Assembly: GCA_029990205.1 (NCBI GenBank)
Contig: JAPEKQ010000004.1
Location: 5,109-69,108, forward strand
Direction: 5' to 3'
Source of the DNA: a bacterium
GTDB lineage: Bacteria > Joyebacterota > Joyebacteria > Joyebacterales > Joyebacteraceae
Length of the DNA stretch: 64,000 nt
Shown here: piece after piece, positions 27,538 to 37,031 of the stretch
Position numbering within the stretch: position 1 is the first letter of the stretch
How the letters are laid out: each line of letters starts with the position of its first letter
Position numbers and translations under genes: made by a program
The notes under the pieces: model-generated
Databases searched by the model: none
Told to the model about the DNA's origin: nothing
The model's input: the letters and a program-made list of their open reading frames with translations, nothing else

Positions 27538-29997
27538 TCATTCCACCACGACGACCGAGTTCCTCCCGCCGTACGGGTCGGACACGAACTCGGGGTTGCC
27601 CTCGTCCTCAAACCAGCGCGAACCGCCGTCGCTGACGAACTTGTACTGATAGGTCCCCGGCTCAAGTTCGATGACGACAGTCCAGACATTGTCGCCGTCC
27701 TCGTCGGACATGGGCGTCGCGTCGGTGCTCCAGCCATTGAAGTCCCCGGCCAGATGAACCGTGACACCGAGTTCGTCCCGGGTGCTGAACAGCACGCCGC
27801 CGTCGACCATCACCGGTCCCGCGAGCAGGGTCGCGTCATCCTGACTGTCGGCACGCGCCATCGAACCACCGCCGCCGACGCCCGTCGAGCCGGTCAGCAC
27901 CGGCACGGACAGGAATTCCGGCACCTCGTCCCCCATGATCTCGTACACGTGAGAGAGCGTCTTGCGGAAGATCATGTCGAACGCGTCCTCGAGGGACGTG
28001 GTCTGGTCATCGCCGTACCACCAGAACCAGTCGCTTCCTTCCGCGGCCAGCATCTCATCGTACGCGCGCTCGAGCGTCGGGCCGTCGACCTCGCCGCTCC
28101 GTTCGCGAGCCTCAAGATGGTCGCGGACCGTGGCCAGGTACTCCCACGCTCTGTTCTCCTCGGGCTCACCGATCCACGTCGCGAAGTTGTGGCTGATCCA
28201 GGACCCGGCCCAGAGCTTCGGGAGCGTCTCGGTCGGAGGGTTGTCGGCCAGATACTCGGCGACCGTGACGGTGTTGAGCCACTCCGCCTGCTCCATCTGC
28301 GAATACCACGAGTGGAAGAACTCCTTGCCGTCGTTCTGGAACCACTCCCACGCATTCTCGCCGTCGAGGATGATCGGGACGACGTAGTCGACGTCATCAC
28401 TGCCGAGCTGCCGATGGATCGAGTGCAGGCTCCGCATCATCGCGTTGGCCGCCTCCACCCCATCCAGCCGGCTGAAGTTGAAGCCGATGTCATCTGAGAG
28501 GCGGTGATCGCGGAAGATCATGGCGACCCGCGCGCCCTCCTCGCCCGCCCAGTACATCGTGTACTGCTGACGCGGCGAGAGACTTCCGGCACCCAGCGTC
28601 CGCTGGAGCACCTGGTCGTCCGACGCCATCCAGAGAAGACCGGCGTTCGCGACCGCGGGAACGATCTCCTGCGCGACCGAGCCCTCGCCCGGCCAGAGAC
28701 CGGCGGGCGGCGCGCCGAAGCGCTCCTCGTAGTACTCGACCGCGAGGTCGAGATGGCGACCCACATCCTCACGGCGGGCGAACCGCTTCGCGGGCAGCGC
28801 CGTCCCCGGCATCGCCACGCGCGCCAGCTCGGTGTCGTGGATGAGCGGCAGGATAGGATGATAGAACGGCGTCGTGGTCACCTCGATCTGCCCGGCGTCC
28901 TGGAGCCGCCTGTGAACCGCCACGACGTTCTCCATGATCGCGCGCTGTGCTTCGAGGATGTCGACCTTGTCTGCTTCGGTGTACCCGCGCTCCTTCTCAA
29001 TGAGATGGCGCACGGTCACGACGCGCCCGTCCTCGAGCTCGACATCGCCGTCCTGGAAGTCCGGATCGAACCACGCGAGATTGAACCAGACCTGGAGGTC
29101 GCGCCAGTCCTGCTCGCTGAATGTCGCAGCCGATGCGCGGAGCTCGTCGGGTTCGTCCCCGCCCTTCATTCCCTTCAGCTCTGCGTATCGCGGCCACACG
29201 TGGATCATGTTGTCCCAGTGCGCGTTGAAGAAGTGCGTCAGCAGATAGACCTGGTCGGTCTCGGTGAGGTCACACGCGGGCTTGAGCGTCATGCGGTAGT
29301 ACGCGTCGCACGACACCCCGGCGTCGAGCGCCTCGAGCAGGTCCTCAAGCTGCATCAGAAGAATCGGCGTGAGGTTCACGGTGAAGTGAACGCCCGGGTA
29401 GTCATCGAGGATCGCGACCATGTCGTAGTAGTCCTTGATCGCGTGAAGACGCACCCACGGCTCCATGTACTCGCCGGTATCGAGGTCCTTGAGGTACTTC
29501 GGCTGATGCTGGTGCCAGATGATGGCGAGGTTGATCGGCCGGCCGGCGGACTCGAGCGTTCCCACGATCGGCTCGTGCACCGCGTCGCCCTCGAGCGACC
29601 CGAGCACGACCGCTCCGTCATCGGCGACCGACAGCACGCTGTTGAACCCACCGTGACCGTCATCGGTCTTCTCGGGGTTGTGCGGGTCGGGCTCCCACGA
29701 GACTCCGCCGTCGACCACGAACTTGTACTGCCACGTCCTCCCCGCCTGGAGGTCGAGCACGACGTCCCACACGCCGTCGCCGTCCTCGTCGGTCATGGCC
29801 AGCGCGGCCGGGTCCCAGCCGTTGAACTCGCCGGCGAGATGCACGGTCCGCGCGCTCGAATGCGCGAACGTGAAGAGGACGCCGCCCTCGACCGCGACCG
29901 GGGCCGCCGACGTGGCGGCTGACGCCGCAGCGGGGACGAGTGCGATCATCGACGCCAGCGCGAGAACAACCGGGATACGCATTGATGCTCTTGTCAT
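27538..29997 (-). CDS. Secreted GH57 family alpha-glucan-active enzyme flanked by N- and C-terminal CBM48 (glycogen/starch-binding, E-set) modules.
   Basis: Signal peptide MTRASMRIPVVLALASMIALVPAAASA. CBM48-like VHLAGEFNGW...YKFVVDG...EPDPHNP occurs twice. GH57 regions WHQHQP, HAIKDYY, LWPGEGSVAQE, ILDGENAWEW. Confidence 0.8.
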   Translation of the reverse strand: MTRASMRIPVVLALASMIALVPAAASAATSAAPVAVEGGVLFTFAHSSARTVHLAGEFNGWDPAALAMTDEDGDGVWDVVLDLQAGRTWQYKFVVDGGVSWEPDPHNPEKTDDGHGGFNSVLSVADDGAVVLGSLEGDAVHEPIVGTLESAGRPINLAIIWHQHQPKYLKDLDTGEYMEPWVRLHAIKDYYDMVAILDDYPGVHFTVNLTPILLMQLEDLLEALDAGVSCDAYYRMTLKPACDLTETDQVYLLTHFFNAHWDNMIHVWPRYAELKGMKGGDEPDELRASAATFSEQDWRDLQVWFNLAWFDPDFQDGDVELEDGRVVTVRHLIEKERGYTEADKVDILEAQRAIMENVVAVHRRLQDAGQIEVTTTPFYHPILPLIHDTELARVAMPGTALPAKRFARREDVGRHLDLAVEYYEERFGAPPAGLWPGEGSVAQEIVPAVANAGLLWMASDDQVLQRTLGAGSLSPRQQYTMYWAGEEGARVAMIFRDHRLSDDIGFNFSRLDGVEAANAMMRSLHSIHRQLGSDDVDYVVPIILDGENAWEWFQNDGKEFFHSWYSQMEQAEWLNTVTVAEYLADNPPTETLPKLWAGSWISHNFATWIGEPEENRAWEYLATVRDHLEARERSGEVDGPTLERAYDEMLAAEGSDWFWWYGDDQTTSLEDAFDMIFRKTLSHVYEIMGDEVPEFLSVPVLTGSTGVGGGGSMARADSQDDATLLAGPVMVDGGVLFSTRDELGVTVHLAGDFNGWSTDATPMSDEDGDNVWTVVIELEPGTYQYKFVSDGGSRWFEDEGNPEFVSDPYGGRNSVVVVE

Positions 29998-30009
29998 TGT
30001 GCCTTCCCC

Positions 30010-30810
30010 CTAGTCGATCTCGAGCGCGTCGAGCGTCACGTACTTGCCCTGCTCCAGGTCGTACGCGCCGAGGATCTCCTCCTGCGAACGCGCCTTGCCG
30101 CCGAAGATGCCGAACATCTTCTTCGGAGCCGGGACGATGATGTCATAGATGTTGGGGTCGATGGCGAGATCGTCACCGCCGCCGCCGCGCCACTCCTCGC
30201 AGCGCGCCTTGACGTCTCGGAAGTCTCCGAGACCGCCTGCGCCGTAGTCGTCCTGGAGCCCCACGGCCGGCGTGAACCGCCAGTCCGAGGCAGCCCCGTC
30301 GATCTCATCGATGGGGATCGAGATCCGGATCGTGCCGGCCTCGACGTCGGTCACAACGGTCGCGCCCATGTCGACCTTCTCCGACGAAGCGTCCATCACC
30401 TCAACGGTCTCACCCGCAGCGAAGACCTGATACTCCGAAGGAGCCGAAAGCATCACGTTGGCGTTCCGCCTGAGCTCGCCGTCGCCGCCCTCCTGCGTGT
30501 CGATGGCCACGGCCACCATCGTCAGCCGGTTGCCGATGTCCCACGGGTCCACGAGGTTGCGGATCTTGAAGACGAACACCAGGTCGCCGTTGTCCCGCTC
30601 GATCGCGAACGAGAGCACGTCCGCCTCTCCGCCATCGCCGAAGGCCTCGTTCGTCGGATACGTGTAGTCGCCGTCGCCCGTGTCGTCGCCCTCGGGATCG
30701 GTCCACGAAGCCAGGAGCTCCGCGCTCGCCGAGCCGGCGACCGAAAGCACGAGCGCGCCGACCAGCAGCAACATCAACCATCTCATCGTCGTTCGCGTTG
30801 TTCGTTTCAT
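30010..30810 (-). CDS. Secreted protein with a glucodextranase DOMON-like domain (hypothetical alpha-glucan binding).
   Basis: Start at the ATG at 30810 (MKRTTRTTMRWLMLLLVGALVLSVAGSASA). Motif DPEGDDTGDGDYTYP resembles an internal domain of the 1776-aa cargo protein (DDEEGDDHGPNQ...YYHYP). The family assignment is from memory and tentative. Confidence 0.55.
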   Translation of the reverse strand: MKRTTRTTMRWLMLLLVGALVLSVAGSASAELLASWTDPEGDDTGDGDYTYPTNEAFGDGGEADVLSFAIERDNGDLVFVFKIRNLVDPWDIGNRLTMVAVAIDTQEGGDGELRRNANVMLSAPSEYQVFAAGETVEVMDASSEKVDMGATVVTDVEAGTIRISIPIDEIDGAASDWRFTPAVGLQDDYGAGGLGDFRDVKARCEEWRGGGGDDLAIDPNIYDIIVPAPKKMFGIFGGKARSQEEILGAYDLEQGKYVTLDALEID

Positions 30811-30921
30811 CGTTCTCCCCCCTGTATGGGTCCGGATTGCTCGCGCCGGCAACGGCGCGTCCGCGCGCCGGTGGAGGCGCGGTGGGACGTTCCGCACACG
30901 CGGTGCGGTCGGTCGGTGTCG

Positions 30922-32157
30922 TTACTCGCCGGCCAGAAGCTTGTCGACCTCACCGACCGCGGTGTTGATCGCGTCCTCGACCGACTTCGTCCCGTCGAGC
31001 GCCGCCTGCATCTCCGGGATGAACAGATTCTCGATCTCCGGATAGAACGGCGTCGGCGGCCTGGGAATGGCCGTCTGCATCTGCTCGACGAACGTCGAGA
31101 GATACGGGTGCTCCTCGGATGTGATGGCGTCCATCGCCTTGGTGTTCACGGGGATCTGGCCGAGCGTGAGCGCCCAGTTCCGCTGATTCTCCTCGTTCGC
31201 GACGAACATGAGGAACTCGGCGGCCAACTCGGGATGCTGCGACGTCTTGAAGACGACGAGGTCGTTGCCGCCGACGTTGGTATGGGAACCTGCGGGGCCG
31301 GCGGGAATGAGGCCGACGCCGAAGTCGATGCCCGTCCGCTTCAGACTCTCGACCGCCCACGGTCCGTTGAGGATCATGGCGTACCGGCCGTTCTGGAACC
31401 CGACGTCACCGGTGATACCGCCGGCGCGCCATGCGCCGCCCTCGATACCGTACTCCTCGAACATGTCGACCTTGAGCTGGAAGGCCGCGATGGCCTCCGG
31501 CGTATTGAGCGTGCAGTGCATCAGGTCGTCGGAGAGGAGATCCGCGCCGTACGTGTAGAAGAACGGGAGCGACCACCAGAGCGAGTTGGTCAGGCCGATG
31601 CCGAAGATGCCCTCGTCCTTGTCCGTGAGCCTCTGACCGTATGAGACCAGCTCGTCCCAGGTCGCGGGCGGCGTGTCGGGGTCGAGCCCCGCCTCGCGGA
31701 ACATCTCTCTGTTATAGAAGAGGCACAGGCCGTTGGTCTGGTCCGGGAGTCCGTAGAGCTGTCCGTCGTACATGCAGCTCTGAAGCGCCACCGGGAAGAT
31801 GTCGGCCAGATACTCGGCCGGGACGTACTCGTCGAGCGCCAGGAGCGCGTTCTTGCTCGCAAGCTTCGGAAGGAACGAGACGTCGACGCGCGCGATGTCC
31901 GGCTCGGTCCGCGTGGTGAGCGCCGTCTGGATCTTCGGCTCGGCGCCGGCGAACGGCAGACGCACGACCTCGACGGTCACGCCCGGGTGCGACTCCTCGA
32001 ACCGCGCCACCATCTCCTTGAAGACAGGGTGCTCTTCGTCATTGTAGGTCTGCCAGATCGTGAGCGTGCCGCTCGTGTCACCGCCCCCGCCACCACATCC
32101 CCAGAGCACCAGTCCGGCGAGCAGCAGCGTGCAGACGATCGCGGTCATTCTCTTCAC
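30922..32157 (-). CDS. Carbohydrate ABC transporter substrate-binding lipoprotein (MalE / maltodextrin-binding family).
   Basis: GTG start with GGGGGA Shine-Dalgarno-like sequence. Lipobox LVLWGC. Bacterial extracellular solute-binding family 1 sequence features. Confidence 0.8.
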   Translation of the reverse strand: MKRMTAIVCTLLLAGLVLWGCGGGGGDTSGTLTIWQTYNDEEHPVFKEMVARFEESHPGVTVEVVRLPFAGAEPKIQTALTTRTEPDIARVDVSFLPKLASKNALLALDEYVPAEYLADIFPVALQSCMYDGQLYGLPDQTNGLCLFYNREMFREAGLDPDTPPATWDELVSYGQRLTDKDEGIFGIGLTNSLWWSLPFFYTYGADLLSDDLMHCTLNTPEAIAAFQLKVDMFEEYGIEGGAWRAGGITGDVGFQNGRYAMILNGPWAVESLKRTGIDFGVGLIPAGPAGSHTNVGGNDLVVFKTSQHPELAAEFLMFVANEENQRNWALTLGQIPVNTKAMDAITSEEHPYLSTFVEQMQTAIPRPPTPFYPEIENLFIPEMQAALDGTKSVEDAINTAVGEVDKLLAGE

Positions 32158-32188
32158 GTGTTCCCCCTTGCGTCTGACTCCGGCTGCG

Positions 32189-33016
32189 CTATTCCTTCAC
32201 CGCACCCATCGTCATTCCCTCAATGAAGTAGCGCTGCGCGAAGAAGAACAGCACAGCAATGGGCAGGATCGAGATGCACGACCCCGCCATCTTGAGCGTA
32301 TAGAGCTCCTCGTGGGCGCTCTTGAACATCGCGAGTCCGACCGGCACGGTGTAGAGCCGTTCGACGTTCGTGACGATGAGCTGCCAGAGGAAGTTGTTCC
32401 AGTGGAACTGGAATGTCAGCAGAAAGAGCGTCGCGATGATGGGAATCGAGAGCGGGACCATGATGGTCGTGAAGACCTGTCGCTCGCTCGCGCCGTCCAT
32501 CTCCGCGGCCTCGATGAGTTCGCTTGGAATGGTCAGCATGTACTGCCGCATGAGGAAGAGCCCGAACACGTTCGCCAGGTGCGGGATGATCATCGCCTTG
32601 TAGGTGTTCATCCACCCGAGCTTCGTGATGATGGCGAACTGCGGGACGACGTACATCATCCCCGGGATCATGAGCGACAGAAGCAGGAGCCCGAACAACC
32701 GGTCCCGCATGAAGAACTGCTTCTTGGCAAAGACGTAGCCGGCCAGCGACGCGAAGAGCGTCGCGAACGCCGCCGCGGTCGTGGCGACGATGACGCTGTT
32801 GACGAAGTAGCGGCCGAAGCCGAAGTCGCCAAGCACGCGCTTGAAATTCGAGATCGTCGGACCCGTGGGGAACAGCTCGGTCGAGAACGCCTGCCCGGGC
32901 TCCTTGAACGCCGTCACGACCATCCAGAAGAACGGGAACAACACCACGATCGCCGCGGCCGTCAGCCCGACGTAGAGCGCGATGGTCTTCCAGACCGATG
33001 TTCTCTGTACTGCCAC
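32189..33016 (-). CDS. Carbohydrate ABC transporter permease (MalG-like).
   Basis: Six predicted TM segments and the EAA motif region (ELIEAAEMDGASERQVF). Start moved to the internal GTG (AGGAGA Shine-Dalgarno-like sequence) so that it does not overlap the upstream permease by 100 nt. Confidence 0.7.
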   Translation of the reverse strand: MAVQRTSVWKTIALYVGLTAAAIVVLFPFFWMVVTAFKEPGQAFSTELFPTGPTISNFKRVLGDFGFGRYFVNSVIVATTAAAFATLFASLAGYVFAKKQFFMRDRLFGLLLLSLMIPGMMYVVPQFAIITKLGWMNTYKAMIIPHLANVFGLFLMRQYMLTIPSELIEAAEMDGASERQVFTTIMVPLSIPIIATLFLLTFQFHWNNFLWQLIVTNVERLYTVPVGLAMFKSAHEELYTLKMAGSCISILPIAVLFFFAQRYFIEGMTMGAVKE

Positions 33017-33060
33017 GATCTCTCCTGCGGTCGCCGCGCGGCCCGAGGGCCGTGCGCGGT

Positions 33061-34032
33061 CTAGGTGTTGTCCGACCCGAGGAACTTCCTGTTCACCAGC
33101 GATACGATCACGGTCAGCGCCAGCAGCACATACGACATCGCCGAGGCATAGCCGAGGCGCCACTGGTTGTAGAACGCGTCAAAGACGTAGTACCCCGTCA
33201 CCCACGTCGCGCCGAGCGCCCGTCCGCCGACATCGACGTTCGGACCGCCGCTCGTCATCGCGTAGACCTCCACGAACGCATTCAGTGCGCTGATGGTCCC
33301 GATGATGACCATGAAGAACGTGATCGGCTTGACGAGCGGAAGCGTGATGCGGGTGAACCGCTGCCACGGCGTCGCCCCATCGATCTCGGCCGCCTCGTAG
33401 AGCGACGGTGAGATGTTCTGGATGGCCGAGAGATAGAGGATCATGCCGAAGCCGGCGCCCTTGAGGACGTTGGCGAACACGACCGACGGCATCGCCGATC
33501 CGGGCATCCCGAGGAACCCCTTCTCGGTGAACGCCGTGATCCCGATACTCTCGAAGAACTGCACGAGGATACCCACGTGCGGGCTGTAGATGAGCGTCCA
33601 GACGATGCCCACCACGAGCATGTCCAGCACGTACGGCAGGAAGAACGCGCTCCGGTAGACGGCCACCGCTTTGAGCCGGTTGTTCAGAAGGAGCGCAAGC
33701 GTGAGCGATGCTGCGATGCCCGCCGGGATGATCAGGACCGCGTAGTAGAGCGTCATCGCGACCGACCACCAGAACTTCACGTCCGTGAACAACTTGATGA
33801 AGTTCTTGAACCCGACGAACTGGAGCCCGCCGAACACGTCAAACGAGTCGGCGGGCACCTGATGCATTGCGAGGTACAGCGAGTAGACGACCGGGTACAC
33901 AAGGAAGACGAGGAAGATGATCAGGAACGGCGCAAGGAACGTATACGCAGTCAGGTTGTCCCTGGCGTGCTTCGTCAGCGACCAGGACCTTCCCGCCCGG
34001 GCTTCTCCGCCTCCTGTCCCCCGCTCGCTCAC
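33061..34032 (-). CDS. Carbohydrate ABC transporter permease (MalF-like).
   Basis: GTG start overlapping the upstream stop (GTGA). EAA motif (LYEAAEIDGATPWQRF). Multiple TM helices. Confidence 0.75.
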   Translation of the reverse strand: MSERGTGGGEARAGRSWSLTKHARDNLTAYTFLAPFLIIFLVFLVYPVVYSLYLAMHQVPADSFDVFGGLQFVGFKNFIKLFTDVKFWWSVAMTLYYAVLIIPAGIAASLTLALLLNNRLKAVAVYRSAFFLPYVLDMLVVGIVWTLIYSPHVGILVQFFESIGITAFTEKGFLGMPGSAMPSVVFANVLKGAGFGMILYLSAIQNISPSLYEAAEIDGATPWQRFTRITLPLVKPITFFMVIIGTISALNAFVEVYAMTSGGPNVDVGGRALGATWVTGYYVFDAFYNQWRLGYASAMSYVLLALTVIVSLVNRKFLGSDNT

Positions 34033-34820
34033 TCGACCGTCAGCACCGAGTTCTTGCCCCCGTAGGGGTCAGAGATGACGTCCGGGTTGGCCGGGTCTTC
34101 CATCCACGTCCCGTCCACCACGAACTTGTACTCGTACTGCCCGGGCTCGAGCATGAGCGTGATCACCCAGATCCCGTCGTCGTTCTTCGCCATCGCGTCC
34201 GCGTCGGGGCTCCATGCATTGAACGAGCCGGCGATGAAGACCGCGCCCGCGTCCGGCATGTCGAGCGACACATCGACCGGGAACGCCCCCTCCGGCGCCA
34301 GCGCTCCCCGGGGCTCCGGCGGCGGGTCGGCCTGCGCGGCCTCCTCGCGGCCGCCGGTGACCGTGCCCGTGACGATCTCGGCATCGTAACGGATGGTCGC
34401 CGGCACGATGACCATCGAGTTCTCGATGCCGCTCTCGTAGTCCGTGTCCGGGTTGTTCGGATCGATCTCCCACGTCACGCCGCCGTCGAGCACGAACTTG
34501 TACTGATAGCGCCCCGGGGGCAGCGGAATGACGATCGACCAGACGCCGTCGCCGTCCGCATCATGCATAGGGTCGATGGCCGGATCGTAGCGACCGCCGC
34601 CCTGCGTCCCACCCCAGTTGTTGAAGTTGCCCGCCAGTGTCACCTGGCGCGCCGAGGGCGCGTAGTAGTTGAAGATGAACCCGTCCGAGACCTCGTGAGG
34701 CGGAGGAAGCCGGTCCTCGATCACGCTCAGCACGCCCGCGCACGACGATATGACCATCGCCGCCGCGGCGAGCGCGAGAACGAGGGCGAGACGGGTACGT
34801 CGCGTTCTGTTCATACGCAT
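34029..34820 (-). CDS. Surface lipoprotein with two tandem CBM48 / E-set glucan-binding modules (a functional analogue of SusE/SusF).
   Basis: Signal/lipobox MRMNRTRRTRLALVLALAAAAMVISSC. Two copies of the ...AGNFNNW...YQYKFV(L/V)DG...W..DP.NP module. Confidence 0.7.
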   Translation of the reverse strand: MRMNRTRRTRLALVLALAAAAMVISSCAGVLSVIEDRLPPPHEVSDGFIFNYYAPSARQVTLAGNFNNWGGTQGGGRYDPAIDPMHDADGDGVWSIVIPLPPGRYQYKFVLDGGVTWEIDPNNPDTDYESGIENSMVIVPATIRYDAEIVTGTVTGGREEAAQADPPPEPRGALAPEGAFPVDVSLDMPDAGAVFIAGSFNAWSPDADAMAKNDDGIWVITLMLEPGQYEYKFVVDGTWMEDPANPDVISDPYGGKNSVLTVE

Positions 34821-34834
34821 CGTCCTCTCCCCTC

Positions 34835-36952
34835 CTAGAACGTGATGAGCGCCATGACGCCGAAGGTCTTCATCTCTGAGAGCGCTTCCTCGGCATCGAG
34901 GACACTCGTGCCGTCGTTGTCCCACATGTAGTTCGAGCGCCAGCGCTCACGGCCGTTGCCTCGGCCCTCGACCGGCGTGTCCATGTAGCTCAGCGGGTCG
35001 ACACCGTAGCCGACCCTGAACTGGATGTTCGGACGCGGGCTGTAGACGATCGCCACGTACGGCGCTATGAACGACTCGTCGTCGTAGGTCGTCCCGCGAC
35101 CGCTCGTGGTGTCGCTCACCGTCGTCGTCGGCACATCCTTGTACGTCATGTGCCGGACGTCGAAGAGAACGCTCCAGTCCTGGTTCAGGCTGTAACCGCC
35201 GCTGAAGATCGCTTCCATCGTATCGTAGGTCCCGTAGTCGTCATCGGGGTCGTACTCGATCGTGCGCGACTCGCCCGCGATCTGGACCCAGAGACGGTCC
35301 TCCATGATGTCCGCGCGCGCCCGGCCTCCGAACCGCGTGGCGGTCAGGTCGAGTTCGTCCTCACCGAACCAGATCGCCATCGAATCCGTGAACACGGCGT
35401 TGTAGCTCATGGTGGCGTACTCGACGCCGAGATCGAAGATACCCAGCTCGAACGCGCCATCGAACTCGATGGCCGTTCCGTCCAGCTCGGGGATCGGACC
35501 CGTCACGCTCGCTACGAGTTCGGAGCTTCCGCCGCCGACCTCGGTGTACGTGCGAAGGGTCCCGACCGGCCAGAGGTCACCCCAGCCTGACGTCCCCATA
35601 GCCATGAAGTGTGAGGAGCTGGCGGATGTGAACTCCTCCCCGTCCTCCATCCCGTCGATCTGGATCTTGGCGAACTCGAGGTCGAGATCGAGCGGCTCCA
35701 CCGGATCGGCCGAGAGCTCCACCAGGATGATGCTGCCCTCCATGTCGCCGACCGGCACGTCGATCGCGCCGTTGCCGTACTCGTCGCCCTCAACCTTCTC
35801 GTAGTTGCCCATGTTCCACAGGCTCTCGTAGTTGTAGAGGGCGTAGCCGGCCGTGATACCGTACTGCTCAGTGATCGGGTAGCTCGCGTCGAACGTGATG
35901 AACCGCTCGGTGTTCGAGAGCTCGAACCAGTCGCTCGACGTCCCGGACTCGGCGAGGTAGTCGTCGAGGTCCGGACTCGTGTTCGTACCCTGGAAGCCGA
36001 TCCACCAGTCGTCGCGCCACGAAGCAAACGTCCCGCCCAGCGCAACCGGGCCGACGGGCCGCGTCAGGCGCAGACCGATGAGATCGGTGCCCGTGTTGTC
36101 ATACTCGTCGGGATCATTGAGGACGTCGGCATCGTACGCGTTGGTGTAGACACCGGTCAGGTCGAAATCCCAGAAGTCGGTCGTGAGGATCAGACCCTGG
36201 GTGCCGCGGCCGAACGCGATGTGTTCCTCGGGAATGGTCCCGAGAAGGTCCCGGTGTCCCACGAGCTCGAACGGCTCGTCGAACTGGATCAGCTCCTCAT
36301 TGTAGAAGCCGGTCACCGAGAACAGGTCGCCCTCGAGCGCGACGCGGCCGTCATAGAGGTCGGCCGAGATCTCATTCATGTCGCCCTCGCCCGAGTAGAG
36401 GCGGAGGGTCGCCCGACCGGTCACCTGGTCGGTCACCGTCGGGACGACGGAGATAAAGACCTCATGATCCGGACGAACCAGACGCCACGACGGAGTCTCG
36501 TCGTCCTCGGACTGCGTGTTGTAGTTGGCACGGTACCAGCCCTCGAGACGGACACGCGAGTTGACCTGCGTGTTCGAGATGGCGGTCGTCGTGTCAGTCG
36601 CCGCGACTTCACCGCCGTCGTCGACAACGAGAAGCGAGTTGCCGTAGTCGCCGGCCGTCTTCGGGTTGTCCGGGTCGGCCACCCACTGCGAACCGTTCAC
36701 GACGAACTTGTACTCGTAGCTCCCCGCCCCCAGGTCCAGGACCACACGCCACGTGCCGTCGTCCCCGAGGGTCATCGGGTTCTCGTTCATGTTCCAGTTG
36801 TTGAAGATGCCGGCCAGGCTGACGCTCGCCGCGTACGGATCGTAGTAGCTGAACTCGATACCGCCGTCCACAGCCACGATCCCCGCGTGCGACGCCATGG
36901 CGAAGACAAGCACCGCCAGCAACACCACGCTCAGAAGATTCTTCGTTCTCAT
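34835..36952 (-). CDS. Outer-membrane beta-barrel protein with an N-terminal CBM48 glucan-binding module (candidate maltooligosaccharide porin or transporter).
   Basis: Signal peptide MRTKNLLSVVLLAVLVFAMASHA. CBM48 module VSLAGIFNNWNMNENPM...YEYKFVVNGSQWVADPDNP. Roughly 580 aa of alternating-hydrophobic beta-strand sequence ending in the aromatic C-terminus ...FGVMALITF. Confidence 0.6.
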   Translation of the reverse strand: MRTKNLLSVVLLAVLVFAMASHAGIVAVDGGIEFSYYDPYAASVSLAGIFNNWNMNENPMTLGDDGTWRVVLDLGAGSYEYKFVVNGSQWVADPDNPKTAGDYGNSLLVVDDGGEVAATDTTTAISNTQVNSRVRLEGWYRANYNTQSEDDETPSWRLVRPDHEVFISVVPTVTDQVTGRATLRLYSGEGDMNEISADLYDGRVALEGDLFSVTGFYNEELIQFDEPFELVGHRDLLGTIPEEHIAFGRGTQGLILTTDFWDFDLTGVYTNAYDADVLNDPDEYDNTGTDLIGLRLTRPVGPVALGGTFASWRDDWWIGFQGTNTSPDLDDYLAESGTSSDWFELSNTERFITFDASYPITEQYGITAGYALYNYESLWNMGNYEKVEGDEYGNGAIDVPVGDMEGSIILVELSADPVEPLDLDLEFAKIQIDGMEDGEEFTSASSSHFMAMGTSGWGDLWPVGTLRTYTEVGGGSSELVASVTGPIPELDGTAIEFDGAFELGIFDLGVEYATMSYNAVFTDSMAIWFGEDELDLTATRFGGRARADIMEDRLWVQIAGESRTIEYDPDDDYGTYDTMEAIFSGGYSLNQDWSVLFDVRHMTYKDVPTTTVSDTTSGRGTTYDDESFIAPYVAIVYSPRPNIQFRVGYGVDPLSYMDTPVEGRGNGRERWRSNYMWDNDGTSVLDAEEALSEMKTFGVMALITF

Positions 36953-37031
36953 ACGCTCTTCTCCGCTCGGGCGGGGCGGGCGCGTGCGCCGATGCCCCGC
37001 TGTCGGTCGCCCGTGGGGCGCCGACGGCTCG

